Positions 1 through 9,596 of a DNA stretch of 31,385 nucleotides are shown in pieces; position 1 is the first letter of the stretch, and every line of letters starts with the position of its first letter. Below the pieces are notes generated by a model. The model had not been told where the DNA came from. It was given only the letters and a program-made list of their open reading frames with translations, and ran no database searches. Source of the stretch: a virus (lineage: Duplodnaviria > Caudoviricetes); IMG/VR virus record IMGVR_UViG_3300031857_017116, positions 1 through 31,385 of that record; one strand, 5' to 3'. A program made the translations under genes and the position numbers.

Positions 1-2
1 TC

Positions 3-3000
3 ACGGCCCGGCAGGAGGCCCCGCCCGCCCCCGTGGACGAAGCCGCCGCCCAGGCCGCCACAAGCCCGGCCAGCCCTGCGCCGGAGCCTAGCGAGGCCCA
101 GAAAGAGGCTGGCAACTACAAGAAAGGCCATGCCAAGATCGGCGGCCTCGACATCTCCATTGAGAACGAGGCAGGCACCAAACGCCGCCCGGAATGGGGC
201 GCGTTGTCCGACCATTACGGCTACATCAAGGGCACCGTGGACAACACGGGCGAACAGGTCGACGTGTTCATTAAGCCGGGCACTCCCGAAGACTATGCCG
301 GGCCTGTGTTTGTGGTGACTCAGAACGATCCAAAAACGGGCAAATTCGACGAGTTCAAGACCATCATCGGCTACGGCACCGCCGCCGAGGCCGAACAGGC
401 CTACCGGGCCAACTACACCGCCGACTGGCAAGGCTTCGGTGGCATCCAGGAAATGAGCCTGGACGAGTTCAAGGCCGGGCTTGCCGACATGACGGCCCGA
501 GAGAAAGCCGCCCGCGAGCCAGGACAGCCCGTGTCCCAAGCCGGACAAGCCGTGTCCGAACCGCCCGCCCCAGTCACGCCCCTAGCCAAGGCCAAGGCCG
601 CCATTGCCGACTACACGGCCAAGGCCAAGGCCGAGAAGGCCGCCGCCAAGACGCAGGAGGCCAAGAACGCCGCCAACAGGAAGATTGTGGGTGCCGCCTG
701 GCTCGCCAAGCGCCTGGAAGCCTTCGACGGCGTGGTGGATTACGCCGTGGCGACCGAATACAACGGCAAGCCAATTCAGGGCATGATGGTCATTCCCGCC
801 GGACGTGGCGGCCTGTTCGTCATCAACCCCGCCGGAGCCATCGACCAACTTGCCGAAAACAACCTGGGCAAGGAAGCCCTCTACAAGGCCATCGACAAGT
901 TCCTGGTGCATGAGTTCATCCACCAAGCCGCCCTCTCCCGCCTCAACGACAAGCGAATCCTCGACCTCTACAACGCCCTGACGCCAGAGGCCAAGGCCGC
1001 CAGCCGCCGCCTTTACCTAGCCCAGGCAGGCGAAGGCCAGGGCGAACTGGACGAGTTCCAGGCCGCGCACGAATGGTTTGCCCAGCTAGTCGAGGCCCGC
1101 ATGTCAGGGGAGATCAGCAACCAAGCCCTCATTGAAGCCTCCGACGACCCGGCCTTCCGCGACAAGCTGGCCGCCCTGTTCCGCGAGTTCGTGGCCGCCC
1201 TCCGGGAAATCGCCGGGCTGGTCAAAGACCCGGCCATGGCCGAGCAAATCCGGGCCGAGGCAGACGCCGTGGAGGCCGCCGTCAGGCAGATGGCGGAAAA
1301 GGCCGGGCTGGCTGAGCGCCAAGCCCCGGCCCCCGCCCAGCCTGCCGAGCAGGCCGCCCAGGCCAGCCAGCCCGTAGAGGCTGCCGCGCCTATGGGGCAG
1401 GCCGCCGCCGCTGCCACGATCACAAAAGAGCAGGCCGAGGAAGTCCTGAAAGACAGCACTCTCAAAGATAGGCCAATCAAGACCTACGAGATGGCCGTGG
1501 CCGCCAATCAGATCCACATGGGGACCAAGATTTCCGATTGGTCCGCATTCCCATTCACTGGGGAAGCGCAAGACGGCAAGCCAACGCAAGATTTGACTGG
1601 CGCATCTGAGATGCAGAAAGCTCCAACGCTATTCCCAAGCAGCAACGCGCAAGAGCACGGAAATTGCGAGTGGTGCGGAAAGCAGCCAGTAAAGAACTTC
1701 TATTTCATCAAAGATGATGGGAAGAAATGGACGCTAGCCGTTGGTAGCGAGTGCATCACACATTTTGCCGACAAAAGCGGCGATGAAATGGCCAGAGAAG
1801 CCCGCCAAAGCCTTGCCCTTGCCGCCATCCAGGGCATTACGGAGGCCCGCAAGACGCTCTCTAAAGAGTTCAGCGAGATTCAATCAGCCGGTTATGGCCG
1901 CACTGAGCGCGTATGGAAAAATCCTTCAGCCCGCACGCTTAACGATGAAACTCCCGACATCCTTGGTAAGATCACCATAGAAAGCGGAGCGGCAGCACAT
2001 AGCCGCTGGTTGAACACAAAACTTGAAGCCGCTCGCGAGTGGCTGGCACGCTACGCTGAACTGATGGCGCGTCCAGAAACCAAGAAACGCCAAATCGAAT
2101 GGCGCACTAGCCGCATCAAAGAGCTTGAAATCTCTCTCAAGCTCAAAAACAAGCCAGAGTGGGAGCTTGCCAGCCTAGAAAAGAAACTGGAAGAACTGCG
2201 CGGCGAGAAGGCCGCTATGGAAGGCACCGCCGCCACGCCGCCGCCTGCCGCGCCTACGGCAGCCGACGAAATTGCCGCCCGCCAACGAGTCGAGGCCGCC
2301 CGCATCAAAGCGGATGACGCCACCGCCAAAAGAGAAGCCGCCGAGGCCGCCCAGGCGGAGCCAGAACCCGCCCTCCCCGCCTCCGTGACGCCAGCCCAGG
2401 CCGAGGCCGCCGCGACTTATGAAACGCAACAAAAGCCAGTTAAAGGCCAAGGCCGTAGCAATGCGGCAAGCACTCCCGCCCCTGACGTGGCAGGAGAAAG
2501 AAGCGAACTTCAACGCAAACCTGAGACACTTCAACCTGACGGCGACCAGTCAGAAACTCCCACATCTGGGGCTGCGGCCAAAGACAGTGACGAGATACAG
2601 TTGCTCGACCTGACCCCGGCACAGGAGAGGATTTTAGCGCAACTCCCCAAAGCAGAAGCCGCCCAAGCTCTGAAAAAAGGGTTAGGCTACGACCGTCCAC
2701 AAACCACCACTCATAGACTCCCAAACGATCCATGGGTTTACATAGACCGTCAGGGGGAGAAGAGGCTTGGCTACATCGACCAAAACGGCAAGCCTTACAT
2801 GCTCACCGTTGAGGAGTCGGCAGAAAAGCGGCAAAACATCGCTCGTTTTGAGGCGGAACAAAAGCAAAGGATGGAGAGCAGGATGAATGCACTACGCGAA
2901 GACGCACGCATTCAGGATGAAAAACGCATCTTCCAAATCACACCATCCGGCCCAGCCTACTATCGTAAAGGAGGCAAATGGTATGAGCGCGGCACCAATC

Positions 3001-6000
3001 GCGAGCTTGGCCGCAAAAAAGGCGACGATTTAGCACTACTAACCCTTGAAGGCCCAAACGCCGCCATTTACGAGGTGAAAGTAGTGTCTGAAGGCGGGAC
3101 GATGTATTATCAGAACTTCCGCCCAGCCCCGCCCGTGACGGCCCAGCCGCCAGCCGTGGAGGCTGCCGGGAAGGCCGAGGCTAGGCCCATGAACATGGCA
3201 GGCGAAACAAGGCCAGCCAAGCCAGCCAAAGCCGGGCCGCCTGAGTTCGCCAGCCTGCCCCAGGCCTCCCAGGACAAGTTCAACGCCGCCTATGAGGCCA
3301 ACAGCGCCGAGGCTATGGGTAGGTTGCTGTTCCTGAGCAACAAAGGACTCCGCGCCGAGTTTGAGAAACGCACAGGGATTAAGCTGCCCAAGACCGAAAA
3401 AGGCACAACCGAAGCCATCCAGACATGGGCAGCCAAGCCCAGCCAGCCCGAGGCCCAGCCAGCCAGCCAGGCCCCCGCCGCCGAGGCCGGGCAGGGCCGG
3501 GAGGAGGCTGCAGACAAGCCTCCAGTCGGAAAGATTACGGATTTTGGCGAAAAAATCTTTGGAGCGCGAAAAGACGTATGGGGCAAGTTCAAACGCATCA
3601 TGGATCAGGCTTTCCCCGAATCCTATGATGACGTGACGCTTTCCAGAAATGTGCCAGAACCAGATTACGAGGCAGCCATAGAGGCAGGTGTGTCTGTAGA
3701 TGATTTGGCTTTGCTGAAAGCCATCCGAGACAATTTGCCGCCGAAACCAAAAAAATCATGGAAGCTGAAAAACTGGGGAGATGCTGTAAAATTCCTGCAT
3801 CAACTCACGCAAGACGTGATTGCAGGCAAAGGAATTGATCCGGCTGTTTTGACAGGACTTGAACGCACGCAGCGCCTTTCGGGGCTTTCTAACGCCATTA
3901 AGCTATACAAGTATCTTGGCTACCCGCTTTTCACCAAAGCAAAAGGCTGGACTGTGGCTAATTGGGATGTTGGCTACTACAAAGGCCAGAAGCTAGACAA
4001 GTTCACACCCGCAACTATTGCCACCAAAGATGAACGAAGCACGGACATGCTTGTTCTTCGCGCTGGTGAAGAGGCATGGCGTGAAGTGGCGGAAATGATT
4101 AAAATTACCCTAGCGGGACAACCAGCCGAAACGCCAAAAGCCAAAGAAGCCAAAAAACTGCCGTTTGCCGTATGGCAAGACCGCCGAACCGGTCAATACT
4201 TTGTTGGCATTCGTGGAATCAACGGAGTTGTCCGCTTGAAAACAGGCTTCCCTGACGTGAAAGCGGCAAGGCAGCACTTGGCCGACAACCGGGCAGACCT
4301 TGAAGCTATGTGGCAGGGGATGAAGGAGCACCCAGAATACCGCCGCACGGTCAACGAGCCGCGCCAAGGGCCTGCCCGCCGCGACGGCGACGTTTCTCCT
4401 CAAATGTTCCAAGACGCTTTCGGCTTCCGAGGCGTCCAGTTCGGGAACTGGGTTGAAAGCGACCGCCGCCAAACCGACCTAAATCAGGCATACGATGCGC
4501 TGATGGACCTTGCCGAGGCCCTGGGCGTGCCTCCTAAAGCCATGTCGCTAGACGGCTCCCTTGGACTGGCTTTTGGTGCCCGTGGTGTATCCAAATACAA
4601 GGCACACTACGAGCCAGGAGAAGTGGTGATTAATCTCACAAAGAAAACCGGACCAGGATCGCTTGCCCATGAGTGGTTCCACGCTTTCGACAACTACTTT
4701 GCCCGTCTGGATGACACGGGAGCCACTAAAGCACGACCTCTGGATAAATACGCGACCACGCAAAAGCCAGCATCTGCGCCAAAAAACATGCGCCCAGAAG
4801 TCTGGCAGGCTTTCCGTCAAATCGCAACTACGCTGAAAACCGGACCATTTGCCGAACGTTCGGCAACCTTGGACGATGCCCGTAGCAAGCCTTATTACTC
4901 GACTCTTGTTGAGAAATCCGCCCGCGCATTTGAGAAATACATTGCCGACAGGCTTATAGGCAAAGACATCACCAATGATTACTTGGTGAACATCGTCAAA
5001 GACGAAAGCCCGGCTCTGCCAACATCTGCCGAAATGGCCGATGGCATTCAAGCAGCCTATGACAATCTGTTCAACATTCTTGATTCCGTTCCCACGGAGA
5101 CTGGCGTCATGCTTCGCAATCCGCCCGCCACGCCCCAGCCCCTGCCCGCCGACGAAGGTGGCCAGCCAGGCCTAGCCAACCCGCCCGGCGGCCAGGCGGC
5201 CGTCACGCCCGCCCAGGACGCCGAATACATGGCCGCCGTGGAGGCTGGCGACCTGGAGAAGGCACAGCGCATGGTGGACGAGGCGGCTGGAGGAGATCAG
5301 ATTATCAAAAATGCATCGACCTTTGATTTCCAAACGGGCGTTCGTTATGTCGTCAATGCGTTTCACGGATCCAAGTCTCAAACGCCGATAACCGTTTTTG
5401 ACAAATCTAAGCTAGGAAGCAATACCTTTGCAGAATCGGCTAAGAAAGGATTCTTCTTTGCTGGGTCAAAGGAAACGGCATCAAGCAAGGATTATTACAT
5501 TCGCCGCGAATTTGAAGCATCTGAAAGTGGCGAGGAGTGGGTTCGTGATTACAATAAAGCGATCAAGTCGTTGATCCGCGAAGCCGTGGAATTGACCTCA
5601 GCCGAGGAAGTTAATGGCCTTCCGTTTGGATCGGGCGAATTCGTTTCAGAGTGGGGCGACATTGGAGTTGATGTTCTTCTTGATGGAAGCGTCTCCGACG
5701 ACCCTGAATATATAATTTCATCGAGAATACAATTCCTTCGCGATGAGCTTGCGCCTGCGTTAGAGGCTCTTGGAGTTGACGCAAAGGCTGACATTGACGC
5801 ACTATCTGCGTCACTGCCTGACAGTTATCTGGACACCTCAGAAGGCCAGATGGTGAACGCCTATCTGTTCTTGAACAATCCGATGGTGTTTGATGACAAT
5901 GGCAACGAATACCGCGAACAATCGTATGCCGACAGAATCGACGAGGCGCTGAAAAATGGGCACGATTCAGTAATTATAAAAAACACTTTTGACGGCGGTC

Positions 6001-9000
6001 CGCTTGATACGATTTTTGTCGTTTTTGACCCATCCCAAATCAAATCCGCCGACCCAGTCACCCGCGACGAATCCGGCAACGTGATCCCGCTTTCCCAGCG
6101 GTTCAATCCTGCCAGCCCGTCCATCCTTCGAAACCCGCCCGGCCAGCCCGGCCCGGCCCGCCAGTCCGACGAGGCCCAGGCCGCCGAGCTTGAAGAGGCA
6201 GCCAACGAGGCCGTGAGGGAGGCGGAGGACGTGCAGGAAACGTCCGACATGATGGATCAGCTCCGCAAGGATGCCGAGGCCGCCGACGCCCTGCGTAACG
6301 ATCCCGAGGCCGTGGCCGCCGTCCAGGCCAGCGGGGCCATGTCTGGCCGTAACCTGTCCCAGCAGTTCCGTGATCCGGCTGCCCGCGAGTTCTACCGAGC
6401 CCTGACCGCCGCCCGCGACATGGTGGGAGGCCCGGCAACCGTGGTGTTTGACGAGATGCGCAAATGGGCCGCCCAGCAAGTCCAGGCCGATCCAGACAAG
6501 GCCATCGCCTTCGCCTCCGAACTGGCCGACGAAAAGGCCATGATGAAGCCGGAGGAACAGGCCGTTGTGGGCGCGGTGATTGAGCACTTGAACCGAGTGG
6601 TTGCCATGACCGGCGACAAGGCCACACGCCTGCTTCTCCACCGCCTAGGCAACTACTACCTCGACATTGGCACGCTTACCGCCCAGGCCCTCGCAGGCCG
6701 CCGCGACCCGTTGGAAACGCCACAAGACCGCTGGAACAAGGCACTTACCGTGATCTTTGGCCCTGATTCCAAGGTTCGCCGCCGCCTTGCCCTGGCCCCC
6801 ACGGCCGCCGCCAAGGCCCGCCGCATTGCCGAGCTTGAGGCCCAGCTTGCCGGGTATCAGGCAGGCCGCCGTGCCGACATTGAGGCCGCCCTGAAGGAGG
6901 CCCGAGGCCAGGAGACGCAGGAGGAGATTCTGGAGCGCTCCGACGCCGACAACGAGAAGCTGAAGGCCAACATCCTGAAGCGTGTCGGCATCATGGAACA
7001 GGATATGACCCTTTCCACCGTTGACCGTTACAGCCTGCAAACGGCCATCCTTGAACTACCAGCTGTCCGCGAGGCCCTGGACAAGTTTGACTATGGCCGC
7101 GACATCATGCGCCTAGCTTTCCAAGGCCGTTCTGACCGCCACATTGCCGGGGCCTTGCAGATCAACGAGGCCGACGTTGCCAAGTTCATTGAAGAGGTCC
7201 GAAACGGCATCATCCGCCCGGCGCTGGCCGCCGAGGTGAAGGCAGGAAAGGGCTGGGGCGAAATGATCCGCTCCGGCTTTGACAGCCTCGCCCGCAAGGT
7301 GGGCCTGCGCATGGCCGCCGTGTCCGGCCCGCTTGGCACCATGGCCCCTCCGCTCACGCAGCAGCAACAGCAGGACATTGAGAACGAAGTAAACCGCATT
7401 CTGAACTATGCGCTCCAGCCCGCCCGCCGGCGCAACAAGGCCGGAAGCCTGATTGCCAAGGTGATCGACACACCCGGAGGGAAGAAAGTCCGCGTGTTCG
7501 TTCCGTTCGACCCCGAGGACATGGCGAGCTTCTACGCCGTGGCCCGCGAATTCTCCGCCGCCAAAGCCAGCGTCACGGACAAGCTCTACGAATACTGGAT
7601 CAACTGGCCGCTTTTGTCTGGCCCGCAGACCCAGGTGGCAAACCTTACCGGCAACGCCGCCAACGTGCTCTGGCACTACACGGCGCAGCGCATGGTTGAG
7701 GCTGGCATGAACGTCCTCTACCGCGACCCGAACAGCGCCAAACTCGGCGAGTTCAAGCACGTCGCCAAGGCCTTCATGGGCTCCATCATGCCCGCCCTGG
7801 ACATGGCCCGCCAGTCCTTCCTCACCGAGGGCGATTCCGTTCGCCACAAATACCTTGGCGAGCCCATGGAGATCGAGTTCAAGGACGGCAGCCTGGACAA
7901 GGTGGGGGCCTACCGGCCTTCCATCGGAGGCAAAGCAGGCCAACTCGCCCGCCTGCCGGGCCGCCTGCTTCGCTTCACAGATGCGTTCTTCAAGACCTCC
8001 ATTCTCCAAATGGAAGCCACGGCCATCGCCTACCGGGCCGCCGCCTTCCAGGCCAAGCAGCAAGGCCTGACGGGCAAGAACCGGGACGCCTTCTTGGAGT
8101 CCGAGATTGCCAACGCCCTCGCCAACCCAGGCAGCCAAGTCTGGACCGAGGCCAACAAGACCGCCGAAGAACTGCTGTTCCAGGACGAGAACGCCGCAAC
8201 CGACCTTGTGGACACCATCCTGGGCGGCAACCGCAGCGTGCGCGACCTGGAAAAGCTCATGGCCGAGGCCGAGGCTAAGGGCGACAACGAAGGGGCGGCC
8301 AAGCTGCGTAACCGTCTGTTCTGGCGCAAGGTGCAAGGAAAGATCATGCGAATCATCTTCCCGTTCCAGCGGACGCCCACAAACATCATCAAAGTTGGCC
8401 TGCGCAAGGCTGGCGGCTCCGCCGTGGTGGGCCTCTGGCACGCCGCCCGGGCCGGGCTGTTCAAGGTCAGGGATGGCGAGGCGTTCCTGAAGAACTACAC
8501 CAAGGCCATGCAGATCAAGGACGTGTCCGAAAGCCTGCTGGCCGGGCTGGGCTGGATGATGCTCGCCAGCATGTTTGAAGGTGACGATGATGACGAGAAG
8601 AAGCCCATTCTGATTGTCGGCAACCGCCCCTATGCGCCCGGCACCCAGGGCGAGCGCGAGGCATTCCTGCGTAGCACAGGCGGGGCAAACTCCATCCTGT
8701 TCCGCGACAAGGACGGCAAGGTGATTACCTCGTTCAACTTCTCCCGTTACGAGCCCGTAGCCACCCTGCTTTCCGCTTGGGTGGACGGCTATCGGAACTA
8801 CATGGAGGTGAACCGCCGCCGCAAGCAGGGCGAGGCCGACGCCAGCTATTTGCGCTTCATCGGCTCCAGCCTCATGGCTTCCGTTGAAGGCAAATCCTTC
8901 CTGCAAGGCTTCTCCGGCGTCATGGAAACCATCCGCGACTTTGAAGAACGCCGCGACCCCTCCACGTCAAACTGGGCAGCCAAGCAGCTCATCAACGGCG

Positions 9001-9596
9001 CGATTCCGAACCTCATCAAGCAGCCGCTCCGCAACTGGGACGACCTCATCCGCGACACCAAGACGGCAGGCATCGGCTACACCGGCCTGCCAAACCCTGA
9101 GGTGGCCCCAAAACTACCCATCTTCGCCGCCGAACCCAAAGTGACGGCCACAGGCGAGCGCATCCGCAAGGGCTTCAGCCCGCCAGCCCGCCTGCTGTTC
9201 CAGGCAAACGCCGTGGTGAAGCCACAGCCGGACGCCCTTTTACTCCGCGCCAACCGCCTCAACCCCGTGGCTGCGTGGTATCCACAACCCCTCCAGGCCG
9301 ATGACTACTACGTCCGCGAGCCAGGAGCCAAGCGCGGCACGCCAGGCTACAAGGCCCCCATCGCCGACCCGGCCGCCAAACGCCGCTTTGCCGAGCTTGA
9401 CGGCAAGCTATACGCCGACGCCGCCCGCCGCATCACGGCCACGGCCACCCCGGCCGAGCGGGCCAAGCCCACGGAAAGCCTGATTGAGAAGTTCAAGAAA
9501 GCCCGCGAGCAGGCCCGGGCACAGGCCCGAGTCATGGGCGGCACGATTGGCTTGCAGAAGCCCAAAACCCCGGCCATAACTACACCCAATAAATGA
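3..9596 (+). CDS. Giant polyvalent / internal virion (ejected) protein, 5'-truncated. Modules: InPase, zincin, Zn-finger, LPD5/LPD1-like, ART-PolyVal-like, long helical C-terminal region
   Basis: The frame is open to the window edge (acg gcc cgg... from nt 3), so GTG33 is probably not the true start. Motifs: EAQKEAGNYKKGH..ISIEN..HYGYIKGT..VDVF..FDE (InPase); HEFIH..HEWFA; CEWCG..VGSECI; ITDFGEKIFGARKD; FGFRGVQFGNW..AYDALMDLA..LAFGARG..HYEP..SLAHEWFHAFD; FHGS..GFFF..YLFLNNP..GHDSVIIKN..VVFDPSQIKSADPVTRD. ATGA overlap with the portal gene. Confidence 0.9.
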   Translation, partial: TARQEAPPAPVDEAAAQAATSPASPAPEPSEAQKEAGNYKKGHAKIGGLDISIENEAGTKRRPEWGALSDHYGYIKGTVDNTGEQVDVFIKPGTPEDYAGPVFVVTQNDPKTGKFDEFKTIIGYGTAAEAEQAYRANYTADWQGFGGIQEMSLDEFKAGLADMTAREKAAREPGQPVSQAGQAVSEPPAPVTPLAKAKAAIADYTAKAKAEKAAAKTQEAKNAANRKIVGAAWLAKRLEAFDGVVDYAVATEYNGKPIQGMMVIPAGRGGLFVINPAGAIDQLAENNLGKEALYKAIDKFLVHEFIHQAALSRLNDKRILDLYNALTPEAKAASRRLYLAQAGEGQGELDEFQAAHEWFAQLVEARMSGEISNQALIEASDDPAFRDKLAALFREFVAALREIAGLVKDPAMAEQIRAEADAVEAAVRQMAEKAGLAERQAPAPAQPAEQAAQASQPVEAAAPMGQAAAAATITKEQAEEVLKDSTLKDRPIKTYEMAVAANQIHMGTKISDWSAFPFTGEAQDGKPTQDLTGASEMQKAPTLFPSSNAQEHGNCEWCGKQPVKNFYFIKDDGKKWTLAVGSECITHFADKSGDEMAREARQSLALAAIQGITEARKTLSKEFSEIQSAGYGRTERVWKNPSARTLNDETPDILGKITIESGAAAHSRWLNTKLEAAREWLARYAELMARPETKKRQIEWRTSRIKELEISLKLKNKPEWELASLEKKLEELRGEKAAMEGTAATPPPAAPTAADEIAARQRVEAARIKADDATAKREAAEAAQAEPEPALPASVTPAQAEAAATYETQQKPVKGQGRSNAASTPAPDVAGERSELQRKPETLQPDGDQSETPTSGAAAKDSDEIQLLDLTPAQERILAQLPKAEAAQALKKGLGYDRPQTTTHRLPNDPWVYIDRQGEKRLGYIDQNGKPYMLTVEESAEKRQNIARFEAEQKQRMESRMNALREDARIQDEKRIFQITPSGPAYYRKGGKWYERGTNRELGRKKGDDLALLTLEGPNAAIYEVKVVSEGGTMYYQNFRPAPPVTAQPPAVEAAGKAEARPMNMAGETRPAKPAKAGPPEFASLPQASQDKFNAAYEANSAEAMGRLLFLSNKGLRAEFEKRTGIKLPKTEKGTTEAIQTWAAKPSQPEAQPASQAPAAEAGQGREEAADKPPVGKITDFGEKIFGARKDVWGKFKRIMDQAFPESYDDVTLSRNVPEPDYEAAIEAGVSVDDLALLKAIRDNLPPKPKKSWKLKNWGDAVKFLHQLTQDVIAGKGIDPAVLTGLERTQRLSGLSNAIKLYKYLGYPLFTKAKGWTVANWDVGYYKGQKLDKFTPATIATKDERSTDMLVLRAGEEAWREVAEMIKITLAGQPAETPKAKEAKKLPFAVWQDRRTGQYFVGIRGINGVVRLKTGFPDVKAARQHLADNRADLEAMWQGMKEHPEYRRTVNEPRQGPARRDGDVSPQMFQDAFGFRGVQFGNWVESDRRQTDLNQAYDALMDLAEALGVPPKAMSLDGSLGLAFGARGVSKYKAHYEPGEVVINLTKKTGPGSLAHEWFHAFDNYFARLDDTGATKARPLDKYATTQKPASAPKNMRPEVWQAFRQIATTLKTGPFAERSATLDDARSKPYYSTLVEKSARAFEKYIADRLIGKDITNDYLVNIVKDESPALPTSAEMADGIQAAYDNLFNILDSVPTETGVMLRNPPATPQPLPADEGGQPGLANPPGGQAAVTPAQDAEYMAAVEAGDLEKAQRMVDEAAGGDQIIKNASTFDFQTGVRYVVNAFHGSKSQTPITVFDKSKLGSNTFAESAKKGFFFAGSKETASSKDYYIRREFEASESGEEWVRDYNKAIKSLIREAVELTSAEEVNGLPFGSGEFVSEWGDIGVDVLLDGSVSDDPEYIISSRIQFLRDELAPALEALGVDAKADIDALSASLPDSYLDTSEGQMVNAYLFLNNPMVFDDNGNEYREQSYADRIDEALKNGHDSVIIKNTFDGGPLDTIFVVFDPSQIKSADPVTRDESGNVIPLSQRFNPASPSILRNPPGQPGPARQSDEAQAAELEEAANEAVREAEDVQETSDMMDQLRKDAEAADALRNDPEAVAAVQASGAMSGRNLSQQFRDPAAREFYRALTAARDMVGGPATVVFDEMRKWAAQQVQADPDKAIAFASELADEKAMMKPEEQAVVGAVIEHLNRVVAMTGDKATRLLLHRLGNYYLDIGTLTAQALAGRRDPLETPQDRWNKALTVIFGPDSKVRRRLALAPTAAAKARRIAELEAQLAGYQAGRRADIEAALKEARGQETQEEILERSDADNEKLKANILKRVGIMEQDMTLSTVDRYSLQTAILELPAVREALDKFDYGRDIMRLAFQGRSDRHIAGALQINEADVAKFIEEVRNGIIRPALAAEVKAGKGWGEMIRSGFDSLARKVGLRMAAVSGPLGTMAPPLTQQQQQDIENEVNRILNYALQPARRRNKAGSLIAKVIDTPGGKKVRVFVPFDPEDMASFYAVAREFSAAKASVTDKLYEYWINWPLLSGPQTQVANLTGNAANVLWHYTAQRMVEAGMNVLYRDPNSAKLGEFKHVAKAFMGSIMPALDMARQSFLTEGDSVRHKYLGEPMEIEFKDGSLDKVGAYRPSIGGKAGQLARLPGRLLRFTDAFFKTSILQMEATAIAYRAAAFQAKQQGLTGKNRDAFLESEIANALANPGSQVWTEANKTAEELLFQDENAATDLVDTILGGNRSVRDLEKLMAEAEAKGDNEGAAKLRNRLFWRKVQGKIMRIIFPFQRTPTNIIKVGLRKAGGSAVVGLWHAARAGLFKVRDGEAFLKNYTKAMQIKDVSESLLAGLGWMMLASMFEGDDDDEKKPILIVGNRPYAPGTQGEREAFLRSTGGANSILFRDKDGKVITSFNFSRYEPVATLLSAWVDGYRNYMEVNRRRKQGEADASYLRFIGSSLMASVEGKSFLQGFSGVMETIRDFEERRDPSTSNWAAKQLINGAIPNLIKQPLRNWDDLIRDTKTAGIGYTGLPNPEVAPKLPIFAAEPKVTATGERIRKGFSPPARLLFQANAVVKPQPDALLLRANRLNPVAAWYPQPLQADDYYVREPGAKRGTPGYKAPIADPAAKRRFAELDGKLYADAARRITATATPAERAKPTESLIEKFKKAREQARAQARVMGGTIGLQKPKTPAITTPNK

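Noticed and set aside
1300-1420. GCC/CAG-rich quasi-repeats as CRISPR or tandem array (also ~3430-3500 and ~21480-21610)
   Set aside because: Low-complexity Ala/Pro/Gln coding linkers with no fixed repeat-spacer period.
7113-8906. 597-aa minus-strand ORF
   Set aside because: Antisense shadow of the giant gene caused by GC-rich codon bias; no recognisable motifs.
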